64,000 nucleotides of DNA, from NCBI GenBank assembly GCA_951406725.2, contig OX597821.1:8122001-8186000 (forward strand), given 5' to 3'. Position 1 is the first letter of the stretch; every line of letters starts with the position of its first letter. This document shows, one piece after another, positions 11,961 to 26,959 of the stretch. The translations under genes and the position numbers were made by a program. The notes under the pieces are model-generated. The model was given only the letters and a program-made list of their open reading frames with translations, ran no database searches and was not told where the DNA came from. The stretch comes from Octopus vulgaris. Lineage: Eukaryota.

Positions 11961-12807
11961 ATATGAGGCGTTTAGTAACAGACCGTCATAAGCGCCACAA
12001 CTTAACCGAGAAAAACGCAGTCAAAGTTTCATGACATTCGGAATGCAATATCGCGGCGAAGAATGCAGTTAGGAAGCTGGTAATGGTCTTAAAATAACCG
12101 TGAAGATTTCCTCTAGTCATTCCGCCTATGTAAAATTATTTATGTATGTATCTGGAAGATGAAATAATGACTGCGTTTTTCTCATTTCATAGACTATACC
12201 GGTACTACGAAACAGTGTATAGCATTGCCTATTTTAGCCATAATACCTAGAAAACACATACAGAGACCCCCACCAAAGGTATTGTTTGTGTTTTAATATA
12301 CCAAGGTAAGTATCTTTAAAAAGTAAGTAAGACAAGATAGTAAGCTAATTGCCCACTATCGTTACGATGGTAACAAGGAATAGAAGAAAATGAGTCACCA
12401 CACCTCGAAAAACGATACAGGGACTACACAAAAGTTATTGATTGTGTGTGATTACGATGGTGTGTTACTAAACTCTTTGGTCCATGTTTGGGTGAGCGAG
12501 CGTCGTGTCAATAGCTTCGAGGTACAATTTTTTTCAGCCGGATTTTTGACCTTATTGCAAGCCTCACCGGTTCTTCCTCCCAACTTTTTCGGATTCTAGA
12601 TGTCACGACAATGAAAATGAAATGGCCAGGGTGGCGCTTACGACACTCTGTTACTAAACGCAGCACTAATAGGCACAGCACACATCCTACGTAAAACACT
12701 TCCAATACAGTAACCACAAGAGCACCACAACAAACCACAGCACATACCCAAGGCACACAGAGCTACGCTCGGTAGTGCAGTGAAAGCACATGATGAAAAT
12801 AAGACTA

Positions 12808-13176
<369 letters not shown>

Positions 13177-13177
13177 G

Positions 13178-13360
13178 ATTTCTTTTATTGGCCGCAAGGG
13201 CCCAAAGCATAGAGGACAATATCGAAGGACTGGCTACCGCACACAAAAACAAAAATCTCACCAGCTTTTGTATTATTTGGTTTTGTTTTGTTTAGTGTGT
13301 GGTAACCCGTCCTTCGATACTGTCCTCTCTGTCTTGGGCCCTTGCGGCCAATAAAAGAAA
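13178..13360. mobile_element. Short inverted-repeat element (~50-bp arms)
   Basis: tttcttttattggccgcaagggcccaa..agaggacaatatcgaaggac pairs with gtccttcgatactgtcctct..ttgggcccttgcggccaataaaagaaa. Confidence 0.75.
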
Positions 13361-13593
13361 CACGGAAGTAAGTTAGAACGTTAAAACTTAGTGTACATGC
13401 ACAGCAGAGTTCTAGGCCAATCTATATCAAGCGGATTCACTCTGCGTGCTTTAGCTTCGTTACTATGGCAACAGTCCGGATACTTATTGATCAGACAACG
13501 TATGACATCCATCCATCCATCCATCCATCCATCCATCCATCCATCCATCCATCCATACATACATACATGGATGGATGGATGGATGGATGGATG

Positions 13594-13974
13594 GAAGCAC
13601 TCCGTCGGTTACGACGACGAGGGTTCCGGTTGATCCGAATCAACGGAACATCCTGCTCGTGAAATTAACGTGTAAGTGGCTGAGCACTCCACAGACACGT
13701 GTACCCTTAACGTAGTTCTCGGGGATATTCAGCGTGACACAGAGAGTGACAAGGCTGACCCTTTGAAATACAGGTACAACAGAAACAGGAAGTAAGAGTG
13801 AGAGAAAGTTGTGGCGAAAGAGTACAGCAGGGATCACCACCACTCCCTGCCGGAGTCTTGTGGAGCTTTAGGTGTTTTCGCTCAATAAACACTCACAACG
13901 CCCGGTCTGGGAATCGAAACCGCTATCCTACGACCGCGATTCCGCTTCCCTAACCACTGGGCCATTGCGCCTCC
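13594..13974 (-). mobile_element. tRNA-derived SINE family C
   Basis: Minus-strand head ggaggcgcaaTGGCCCAGTGGttagg...GGTTTCGATTCCC (A/B boxes); body and tail shared with 38405-38710. Confidence 0.8.
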
Positions 13975-14029
13975 TATATACATACATACATACATACATA
14001 CATACATACATACATACATGCACACTCAT

Positions 14030-14196
14030 ATATCTTTTACTTGTTTCAGTTATTGGGTTGTGGGCTTGTTGGGTTTTTGTCGAAGAAATAAACCCCAGTA
14101 CTTATTCTTTGTAGAGCCTGTACTTCAGTTTCACTTACCAAACAGCTAAGTTACGGTAACGTAAACAAGCTAACACCGGTTGTCTGTCTCTCTCTG

Positions 14197-14276
<80 letters not shown>

Positions 14277-14410
14277 ACACGCACGACAGTCTTCTTTCAG
14301 TTTCCGTCCATAATAAACCACTCACAAAGCTTTGGTCAACCGGGGACTTCAGAAGAAGACATTTATCGAAGGTGCCACTCAGTGGGACTGAACCCAGAAC
14401 TATGTGGCTG
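14030..14410 (-). mobile_element. tRNA-derived SINE family B (internal CA tract), diverged
   Basis: Matches the family copy at 27562-27972. Confidence 0.75.
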
Positions 14411-14561
14411 ATGTATTCCACACGCACGCACACACACACACACACATATGCATAGGTATGTATGTATGTATGTATGTATGTATGTATGTATGTATGTATC
14501 TATCTATCCAATCATTAGGTTATCCACTCATCCATCCATCCATCCATCCATCCATCTCTTC

Positions 14562-14622
<61 letters not shown>

Positions 14623-14623
14623 C

Positions 14624-14678
<55 letters not shown>

Positions 14679-14719
14679 CCTACCAACCTATCTATCTATC
14701 TATCTATCTATCTACCAAC

Positions 14720-14794
<75 letters not shown>

Positions 14795-15249
14795 CCGATC
14801 GACCTATCTCTATGTATGTATCTATTTCATCTGAACTTTTTCTCAACAGAATGCTATTAAAGTTGCTAAGCAACACTTCCATCTTCCTTTGAGTTCTCAT
14901 TATTTTCTTGAATACATTAATGTAAATGAGTTACAACATGCTTGTTATTTTGATATTAGTTCACTGTTTCTTCTGAAAAATTTTGTTGTTGTCAATACAT
15001 TCCAGTTGGAATTACAACGTCTTTATTAATTCCAGGAATAGCACATTTAGGACAACACTATCCAAGTGTTTTCTCCACCTATTACTGTTTTCCTTTCACA
15101 AGACCGTAGGGCATAATTTGCGGAAGATTTCTCTGTTATTTGTAACACATAGATCGGCCATATAAAAGCCTAGCTTTCATTGTTGGCTTATATAGCTTTT
15201 GTTGTTTAGTCTTAGGTCAATCTTGAACTAGCATATCATATCATATCAT

Positions 15250-15298
<49 letters not shown>

Positions 15299-15401
15299 GT
15301 ATGAATGTATTATGTATGCATATATATATACATATACACACATACACACAGGCACACAGATGCACAGATTCACACACACACACACACACACAGACATATA
15401 T

Positions 15402-15520
15402 AGGGTGATTCAAAAGTCACCATACATAAGAAAAATTTATTTTTTAATGAGTAACAGTTAAATAAAAAGCTTTCTTATAAAAAGTAAATTGCTCTTATTT
15501 ATGGCGACTTTTGAATCACC
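15402..15520. mobile_element. Tc1/mariner-type MITE
   Basis: TIRs ggtgattcaaaagtcaccata / tatggcgacttttgaatcacc, flanked by TA. Confidence 0.75.
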
Positions 15521-15523
15521 ATA

Positions 15524-15592
<69 letters not shown>

Positions 15593-15680
15593 TTGAGGGA
15601 ATATTGTCCAAACTTACAGGGAAAAATTCAATTTAGAAATACTAAATCAAATTTCACAAAATATAATAAATATATGAATG

Positions 15681-15962
15681 AGAAAAAATCACTTTTTATC
15701 AATTCAAAATGAAAAATTAAATTACACCATCTAGAAAATTACATATAATAGAAATATTAAATATACGATAAAAAAATATACCGATGATTAAGTAATGTGC
15801 AAAATAATAAATAAAACCAAATATATACGTTTTATTTATTATTTTGCACAATACTCTATCATCGGTATATTTTTTTTATCTTATATTTAATATTTCTATT
15901 ATATGTAATTTTCTAGATGGTGTAATTTAATTTTTCATTTTGAATTGATAAAAGGTGGGTTT

Positions 15963-15968
<6 letters not shown>
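15681..15968. repeat. Near-perfect foldback palindrome (~135-bp arms)
   Basis: Left arm ..tttttatcaattcaaaatgaaaaattaaattacaccatctagaaaattacatataatag..gtgcaaaataataaataaaac mirrored after a ~11-nt spacer. Confidence 0.9.
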
Positions 15969-16013
<45 letters not shown>

Positions 16014-16014
<1 letters not shown>

Positions 16015-16226
16015 ACGGGAAGCTTTATGAAAATAAACAAAAGACGAAGGCAGGTGGAATACAAACAAACAATTGTATTAGTATGGCGCTCAGGAATATA
16101 AATAAAACAAGTCTTTTACGTTTCGAGCCTATGCTCTTCAACAGAAAGATACCCAGAAAAGAAACACAGAAAGAAACAAGGAGAGAAAAAATGCGTGCAG
16201 AGGCTAGCGAATCAACATGGCGATCT
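16014..16226 (-). mobile_element. Solo PLE 3'-terminal copy with hammerhead-like motif (16112-16149)
   Basis: Reverse complement of 52230-52440; tcttt-CTGTTGAA-gagc-atag-gctc-GAAAC-GTA-aaaga. Confidence 0.85.
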
Positions 16227-16308
16227 ATATATAGATATACTGTAGGAAGTCACAGAACTATGGTATTCGTCTCAAAAAGGCATCTCTTATAGACTTATAG
16301 TGCTAAGA

Positions 16309-16379
<71 letters not shown>

Positions 16380-16689
16380 CCACCCACCCACCCACACACA
16401 CACACACACACACAAAAAAAAACATCAGTTGCAGCCGAACGGTGTCCAGTAGCGGCGCTGGAATCTTACTTAATGTGGATAAAATATACAGAATGCTATT
16501 TTGAACTAATACTGCTCCCATCGGTAATAACGAACTTTTACTCAGCCTGCCGGATATTTGTAATACCAGTGATTTGTTAATCACCGTTTTTCTATGTCTG
16601 TAGAAGCTAAATTTGTCAAAGCATGCGGTTGCTAGTGGATGCTTTTTACTGATCACGCGCAGAAATGTAGACTTAACAATTCCATCGTC

Positions 16690-18360
16690 ACTGCCAGACA
16701 GTTTTCATCTGATAGTGATCCTTCTGCACTCTTTAGCCCTAAACGTCTATGCAAGATGCTTTTTCAAGATGAATTCTACAATTGTGCGGGTTTTCTACAA
16801 AATGCTATTAGCTACAGGTCTTTCGATGACGACTACGTCACGTGTTTTTGTGTCTTGAACAACTAGAGAATTAATAAAAGCGCTGTTCTACTTAGAAGCT
16901 GTAATTCAAAAGATGCGCCATCAATATGACGGAAGTATAAAGATGGTCTGGCAGAACAAAAATACTAATAGCAGATTCAGTTACAATGTTTTAGCAGGGA
17001 TATAGAATAAGGTGATGAAATACAACATAGCATTAATTACTATTGAAAAGGAAGTTGTCTGCATGGGAGAGAATAACTATTTTGAGTATGGAATCCCTCA
17101 TATCAATGATTCTGAAGTCGATAGTTTAACAATAGAATTAATGAAAGAAACTTCCCCCAATACTTGAAACCTTGTCAAATCATGTCAGTGAAAACGAAAT
17201 TAAACTGTCGTCTGGACAAAAATTATTTTATAATGTTATACTTGAGAGTTTCTTATCTTTTTTATCGAAGAGCACACTTTTTCTTGATGTCCCTTGCAGG
17301 GACTGGTATGACATTTATGACAAAGTTGCTACTTGCCAATGTTCGACAGCAGAAAAAAAGGAAAAAAAACAACTTTTTCTTCCGGAATTATTGCTGTTAC
17401 TTTACATCGAGGAGGAACAATTCATTCTACTTTCAAAGAATCGTTTAATTTAACCAAAAATTTCACTCCCGTTTGTAATAATGGCTCAAAACGTAAAGAC
17501 GGACGAAATACCTATTTCTTTATTACCCACAAGGGGCTAAACATAGAGGAGACAATCATGGACAGACATAAGTATTAAGTCGATTATATCGACACCAGTG
17601 CTTAACTGGTACTTAATTTATCGACCCCGAAAGGATGAAAGGCAAAGTTGACCTCGGCGGAATTTGAACTCACAACGTAACGGCAGCCGAAATACCGCTA
17701 AGCATTTCGCCCGACGTGCTAACGTTTCTGCCAACTCGCCGTTGAGCGTTTTGTCCGACGTGCCTGCGATTCAGTCAGTTCATTGCCTCACACCAGTTTG
17801 TAATATTAGCAAAAACATCTGTTATAGGACAAGTACCAAAGATGCCACCTCATTGGTTGGGCGAATACTGAGGCTAATAAAAAGACACCTTAGATGCTTT
17901 GAAACGAATCTTGCAACAATTAAGAAATTCTGAAGTATTAATAAATGGTGTTATCACTAAGCTATTAGGAGACTTCCGCCGAGCCCTGTAATTCTAAGGG
18001 ACACACTTGAATTCATCCTATTTATGGAGACACGTGACTGCAGTGAACCTGAATAAGAATATGAGAGCCACTCTTATGGTTGGTGGTTTATCTGAAGAAT
18101 TTGTTAGAAATTTATTGAAACTTGGAAAAAATAAAGTGCCATTTAATGAAACTGATTATTCGGATTCATCTCTAATTAATTGGTCAGCTTCATTAGTCGA
18201 CACGGTAATACAAAGAGTCTCACCAAATCTTCAGGATTATCAACAACACTACAAATGCGTGTCTGCAAAGGTAACGCCTGAACGAAAATATATCACCGCC
18301 AACAGTATGAACGATAAGTTATTGGATCATATTTTTGGAGATTAATACACTTATAACAAT
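16690..18360 (+). pseudogene. Helitron Rep/Hel PIF1-family helicase remnant
   Basis: FFL..AGTGMTFMTKLLLANVRQ (Walker A-like), SSGIIAVTLHRGGTIHSTFK, LLGDFR, SSYLWRHVTAVNLNKNMRA, FVRNLLKLG; many stops and frameshifts; interrupted by a SINE. Confidence 0.85.
17513..17742 (-). mobile_element. tRNA-derived SINE family A (Meta-like central domain)
   Basis: Minus strand ggcgagtTGGCAGAAACGTTAG..GAGTTCAAATTCC..tttgcctttcatcctttcggggtcgataaattaagtaccag..aataaagaaata. Confidence 0.88.
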
Positions 18361-19439
18361 AACGTATCCAGTCTTCCTTAATACGTGCTGGTTGATTCGA
18401 ATGTGAATATGTGACCACTGTTGTTTTCCGTCGACGGTAAATACGCCTTCCCTTTAGACGGTGCCATGACACCGTCATAACACAATTCACCAGTGTAAAA
18501 GGACTTTGAAACGTCGCATTGTTTCGATCTTTTGTGTGCCACCTCAGTCTAACCTATCCGTCGGACCGATGAATCTCACAAGAGCATGAACTCTTGTTTA
18601 TAGCAAACAAATTATTTGCTGATGCGTGCTGATATCTGCCAAATAAATAATAATTCATGGGGTGCACACAGAACATCGAGAAGCCAAATGATAACGTATC
18701 CAATTTAAAGAAAAAATGGGAGGAATTGTTCTCCGTTGGGGGAAAACAACAACGGCCAGATATTTACGTTTAATGCGGCCAAACGTATGGAAATTGAATA
18801 GATTCATTATTGTTCAGATTCTCTTTTGCACGCAATCAATGAATGTTTAATACACTTACAATTCTATAGATTCAGTCTCAGCAAATATCAGCTTTTCATT
18901 CACAAAGTCAAGCTAATACAAACAAAATAAAAAAAAAATAAAGTTGTCATCTTTGTTTAAACGTAAAGATTTTAATATTGTTGCAGAGCGGGATCAACTT
19001 GAATTCTTTATCCTTAATAATTGTTTGCATAGATCGAAGTATTTGCTGTGTCAAGAAACGGATTCACCAATGAAAAATTCTCAACGAAAAGTTGCTGACC
19101 TTTCCTTTTCATGTTCATCTATATTTCTGTTTCGTTTAGCAATTCATCTTCTGTGTCACGTTGCCGACCGATTTCTGATTATTATACATGGCCTGTAATT
19201 TGAAACTCAATTTGAAACACATTTTAGAGTTCAACGCTCTCTCTTCTCACTGTTTGTTCCATTGACATATCTTCTCGCTTTTCATTTTGCTGCATTCCCC
19301 CTTTCTTTAATATTAAAATTTTGAAACTTGAATGAAATTTTGTGAACGGCCGAGTATTCCTTTATTTAATATGATTATATCGTTATTTTCTATATATGCA
19401 TTTGTTGCTAATCGGTTGCTCAAAATATTTGATTTATTT

Positions 19440-19500
<61 letters not shown>

Positions 19501-19541
19501 TTTACAATATATATATATAATATATATACAATATATACACA

Positions 19542-19706
<165 letters not shown>

Positions 19707-19757
19707 CATTATATATATTTACATTATATATATATATAATATATATACAATATATAC

Positions 19758-19803
<46 letters not shown>

Positions 19804-19815
19804 CAACAAGAATGG

Positions 19816-19890
<75 letters not shown>

Positions 19891-20032
19891 TTTTTTCTCT
19901 CTTCTTTTGCTCTCCTTTTTTTCTCTCTCTTCCCTTTCCTTTATACTCACTCTCCTCTCTCACACTCTCTACCCTCATTTTTCCATTTTTTTTACCCCTT
20001 CTTTTGTTTCTTGTTTTTTTTTTTCACTTTCA

Positions 20033-20122
<90 letters not shown>

Positions 20123-20139
20123 GTATTTCTATTTCTTTC

Positions 20140-20173
<34 letters not shown>

Positions 20174-20198
20174 TTTTAATATACTTTTTTTTATATTA

Positions 20199-20257
<59 letters not shown>

Positions 20258-20281
20258 CTATTATATATATATATATACACA

Positions 20282-20344
<63 letters not shown>

Positions 20345-20384
20345 TTTAATTGAAATATATATATATATATATATAATTACATAT

Positions 20385-20693
<309 letters not shown>

Positions 20694-21224
20694 TATATAT
20701 ATTACATATATATACTTATATATCATATTATACATATATATACACAATATATATATATATATATATATATATTTTATATATATAGGAAAAAAGCAACAAG
20801 AATGTGTTTCTCGGTACGATCGTTTCGTACGAGGACATCTTTAATAAGCTACAAAAAATGCAGTGAATACAGATGGCTCGTACTCGTCAGCCGAAAAAAT
20901 ATCTGGAAAATTCCCAAACATAAAAGGGGTAGATATAAAAGGAGGTTGTAGGATTAACTGCATTGAAGAAAGTTCGATTGATGGAGATCTGATGAAAGGT
21001 TTTAAATATAGAATTTATGCATGTCTACATATAGCTCATATTGGATATTTGATCAAGTTGTATGAAGACATTTTCAAGGATACAGTCATGCAAAATTTCT
21101 GAAAATCCGAGTAAGAGGCAAAGTGACGGCCACACCATGTAGAGGAAAGTCTGGAGTAAAAGACTGAGTAAACTATATATATATATAATATATATACAAT
21201 ATATACACAATATATATATATATT

Positions 21225-21500
21225 CCACTCTTTTGCCTTTAAAAACCCACTTTGCTCTTGTTATCGTAAACTTCCGCCTTTCACCATGTGCTACTCCTAA
21301 CACCAGTGTTTTTTCTCTATCTCCGTTGCCCGCTCCAGGGATCTTTCTTTCCTCTCTCTTCCCTTCTTTATGTTTCCGACGAGCTCCGCTCGAAACGTCA
21401 TACCTCCCTGCTTCCATTTCCTGAGCGCCTATTAATAATAATACTGTAATTGTTCCATTGTTGTTGTTTTTTGTTTCCCGTTTGGATTAAAAATTATATG
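21225..21500 (+). mobile_element. Solo PLE-like 3' terminus, second subfamily, with degenerate hammerhead
   Basis: ccgacgagctccgctcgaaacgtca followed by ttcctgagcgcc.ta.taata tail shared with 52358-52380; flanked by (TA)n. Confidence 0.7.
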
Positions 21501-21514
21501 TATATATATATATA

Positions 21515-21584
<70 letters not shown>

Positions 21585-21716
21585 AATATGAATTAGAGAT
21601 AAAACCACTATTATGCAAATATTTTATTTTATGTTTTATATTTTATATATTTTTACTGTGAAATTTGATTTAATACTAAATTGAATTTTTCCCTGTAAGT
21701 TTGGAGCTATATCTCC

Positions 21717-21792
<76 letters not shown>

Positions 21793-21906
21793 ATATATAT
21801 ATATACAATTTTTCTAAATATATATATATATATATATATCATATTTTGTGAAATTTGATTTAGTATTTCTAAATTGAATTTTTTCCAGTAAGTTGGAATA
21901 ATATTC

Positions 21907-22710
<804 letters not shown>

Positions 22711-23454
22711 CAGTTCTTTGCTTCCTTACTCAGAGTTTGTATGAGAATTGATGCCTTGAAACTCGGAATCATGTAGTTTCAAGTTTCAGCTTAATAAATA
22801 TATATTTTTATATTCTATATTAATATATTCTTTTTTATTCTTGTTTTACACAACATTTGACAAAACAACAACACGTGAAACACGCAATTAAAACAAAACA
22901 CACCATAAATACATATAAAATTCGAGTTTGGAAAAGAAGACAAAGTTGTCGAGTGTGACTGAAAGAAAAGAAGAAAAAAATAAAAGCACATGTGTTATAC
23001 GACGGTTTTAATTCAAACCAAAAAAACAAGAGACAAAGAAAAGAGATGTAGAGAAAGGAGTATGTAACGCAACAGATGTGTGTGTGAGAGAGAGAGTTTC
23101 CTGCAGGCTTGCGATAGTGCTCCGCATAGAAAATTTAGGAAGGGAAGATGAAGAGCTTGACCTAATCTACACCCTAATTAATTAAATCTTTATTCCTTTA
23201 ATTCATTTCCGTTATAAATCTGAGGCCAAGTCGGGGCATTGTTCCTCAGAGGTTTTAATTGATTATATATTCAACTGAGTCGATATTTATTTCATCGTTC
23301 TGGCATGACACGCAAAATGCAAAGTTAGCATCGTTGTAAAAGGAGATAATTTAATAGGACAATATTTCTGTTCGCTTCTCAGTGCTCTTTGATATAAATA
23401 CACATGCGCACAGAAACGCACGTACATTGTACCCTTCTTTCTTTTGCATGTATG

Positions 23455-23506
<52 letters not shown>

Positions 23507-23581
23507 CACGAACATACATACATACACACATGCATACACACACTCACACACACATATATGTATATATGTATATATAAATGC

Positions 23582-23625
<44 letters not shown>

Positions 23626-23799
23626 TAGACAAATGAATTAGAATTACGGATAATTCGAAAGATAACCGATACCTGGGTAGCAAACTCACAACAGAAAGGG
23701 CACGGTTGAAGTTCCGATTAATAGGGCATAAAATCCGTGCCTTAGTGCGGAAATTTGAAGTTTTATATATTAAGTATAGGAAAGAATCCTTTCCTTTAC

Positions 23800-23847
<48 letters not shown>

Positions 23848-23852
<5 letters not shown>

Positions 23853-24650
23853 AATCCAAACGGGAAAACAAAAAAACAACAACAATGGAACAGTTACAGT
23901 ATTATTATTAATAGGCGCTCAGGAAATGGAAGCAGGAAGGTATGACGTTTCGAGCGGAGCTCTTCGTCGGAAACATAAAGAAGGAAGAGAGAGGAAAGAA
24001 AGATCCCAAAGCGGGCAACAGGGATAGAGAAAAAAAAACGACTGGTGTTTACGAGTTACACATGGTGAAAGGCGGAAGTTTACGATAACAAGAGCAAAGT
24101 AGGTTTTTAAAGCCAAAAGAGTGGAGACAAGGTTGGTAACGCAACAGATGTGTGTGTATGTGTGAGTGTGTGCGTGTGCGTGTGTGCATGTGTGTGTGTG
24201 AGGCGAGATAAAAAACAAAAAATATATGTGTGTGTCAGTGTGTGCGTCTGTGTGTAGGCGTGTGAGGTAGGGCGAGACAGTGGTAGGCATAGCAGACAGT
24301 GGTCAGTAGTAAGAAAAAGAAGGAAGGAGGAAGGGAGGGAGGGGAAGGGGTGGGGGCGTATGTAGCGTGCCAGCGTGTGTTGAGTAGTAGTGTGTGTGTG
24401 TGTCCAGTGTCGTGGTAGTATTAATGGCGAGTAGATTGAATGTGTGTAAGAGTAATGTATATATTTAAGCAATGTGTGTATATGTGTGCGCGCGTGTGTA
24501 ACAAAAAAAGGGGGGGGGTTAAGGAAAAAGGACTCCAGCTGAGGGGAAGATGGAAGAGTGGTCCCGCGGAGACGGGCGTGGGAAAACCCAACGACAAGCG
24601 ACGGTCCCAGGAACGAGCGGGAGGTCTCGTCGGGTCCAAGAGCGAGGTGC
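23848..24650 (-). mobile_element. 5'-truncated PLE-like element, second subfamily (terminal repeat with hammerhead-like motif at 23941-23976)
   Basis: 23848-24125 is the reverse complement of 21225-21500; CCGACGAA-gagc-tcc-gctc-GAAAC-GTC; upstream pyrimidine-rich UTR and C-rich segment resemble the architecture of 51300-52440. Confidence 0.6.
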
Positions 24651-25547
24651 ATGCGGCGCGTATGCGTGCGCGAACCGGCGCAAGCGCGTGCGTGCGCGCG
24701 CCTGCGAGTATGCGCGTAAGTATGTATGTGTGTGGATGTCTGAGTGTGTCTGTGTGTATGTCTGGGTGTCAGTGTGTCCGATGAATGTATGTGAGTATGT
24801 GTGTATATATGTGTGTGCATAGATGTATGTCCGTGTGTGTGTGTGTGTGTGTATGTGTATGAGTGTGTATGTATGTACGTGTGGGTGTGTGGAAGTGTGT
24901 GTATGTGCATGTGTGTGCGCGTACATACAGGTGTGTGAGTGAGTGTGTGTGTGTGTATGTATGTGTGAGTGTGTATGTATGTGTGTGTAGGATGCATGTA
25001 TGTGTATGGGTGTATGTATGTGTGTGTGTATGTATGTGTACGTGCGTGTGTGTGTGTGTGTATGCGTGTAGGTGTGCGCGTGTGCATGCATGCATGCATG
25101 TGCGTATGTGTGTGTGTGTGCATGTGTGTGGGTATATATGTATGTGCGTATATGTGTGTGTATGTGCGTACATGTGTGTGTGTGTATGCATGTGTGTGTA
25201 TGTAGGTGTGTAGGCGTGTGTGTATAGGTGTATGTATGTAAGTATGTATGGGTGTGTCCGTGTATGTGTGTGTATGTATGTGTGTGTATGTAGGTGTGTG
25301 GGCGTGTGTATATGTGTGTGTATGTAGGTGTGTATGGGTGTGTCCGTGTATGTGTGTATGTATGTGTGTGTGTGTGTGTATGTGTGTATGTGTGTGTGTG
25401 TATGCATGTGTATGTAGGTGTGTGTGTACGTGTGTAATGTATGTGTGTATGCGTGTGTGTGTGTGTGTATGTATGTGCGTGTGTGTATGTAGGTGCGTGT
25501 GTATGTGTGTGGGAGTGTAGGTGTGTGTGTGCGTGTGCGTGTTTATA

Positions 25548-25769
25548 TATTTCTTTACTACCCACAAGGGGCTAAACACAGAGGGGACAGATAAACGGAT
25601 TAAGTCGATTACATCGACCCCAGTGCGTAACTGGTACTTAATTTATCGACCCCGAAAGGATGAAAGGCAAAGTCGACCTCGGCGGAATTTGAACCCAGAA
25701 CGTAACGGTAGACGAAATACGGCTACGCATTTCGCCCGGCGTGCTAACGTTTCTGCCAGCTCATCGCCT
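25548..25769 (-). mobile_element. tRNA-derived SINE family A, full length
   Basis: Closely similar to 17513-17742 and 54563-54762. Confidence 0.9.
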
Positions 25770-25787
25770 ATATATGTTTGTGTGTGC

Positions 25788-25846
<59 letters not shown>

Positions 25847-26312
25847 AGTGTGTGTGTGTGTGTGTGTTTGTGTGTAAAATTCGGATATTGTGTTTGAAAA
25901 GTAGTGTAACTACTAAATCCAAGAAGAGTAAAGCAATCGATTGGCAGTTATTATTGAAGCCTTCCGGAAGATCTGGAGCTAATTTGACAGAATGCAATTG
26001 GAGAAGCTCAAGAGTAAATACATAACGAATATTAAAAAATTCCCGTACTTAAAGCAAACAAAACAATATCAGTAGCCATATTTATATTTACATGGAAATA
26101 TCGAATCTGGAGTAATAAGGCCCAATGCTTCCATTGCTGTAGTTGTATCTAAATCGTATTGTGTTATATTGTATTATATGATGTTATTTTGTATAAAATT
26201 TCATATTTATTACTTTTAATATCCATGATATAATTTATATTTTGAAAGAATGATAAATTAAAAAAAATTAAGATATTACAGTATTTACAATTGTATGGGG
26301 AGAGATAGCTAG

Positions 26313-26344
<32 letters not shown>

Positions 26345-26707
26345 TGAGAGAGAGAGAGAGAGAGATAAAGGGATAAGAGGAAGAGAGAGAGTGAAAGAGA
26401 GTGCTGGGGTAGGTAAAAGCGAGTAGAGTTTCGGAAAAGATGGGAGAGAGGGAGGGAGAATGAAAGAGAGGGAGAGAGAGAGGGAGAGAGGGAGAGAGAG
26501 AGAGAGAAGACAGAAGAGAGAGAGAGAAAGACGAGAGAGAAAGAGAAAGACGAGAGAGAAAGAGAAAGACGAGAGAAAGAGAAAGACGAGAGAGAGAGAG
26601 AAAGGGATAAGAGGAAGAGAGAGAGTGAAAGAGAGTACTGGGGTAGGTAAAAGCGAGTAGAGTTTCGGAAAAGATGGGAGAGAGGGAGGGAGAACGAAAG
26701 AGAGAGA

Positions 26708-26744
<37 letters not shown>

Positions 26745-26850
26745 AGAGAGATCCATTGCAATAGGTATGTGTCATTCTGAGATATTTAAACTTATGTAAA
26801 TAGAGTCTATTATTTCAGTGTTGTTTGCTTTCGTTTCTGTATAAACAAAG

Positions 26851-26886
<36 letters not shown>

Positions 26887-26959
26887 ACTACTACTACTAC
26901 TACTACTACTGCTGCTGCTGCTACTGCTGCTGCTGCTGCTGCTGCGTCGTCGCCTTCAT

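Noticed and set aside
13900-13974. tRNA-like sequence
   Set aside because: A and B boxes are present but there is no complete cloverleaf; it is a SINE head, as are the other tRNA-like heads in the window.
24107-25579. 490-aa His/Thr-rich ORF
   Set aside because: Degenerate (CA)/(TACA) repeat plus a retroelement UTR; not a gene.
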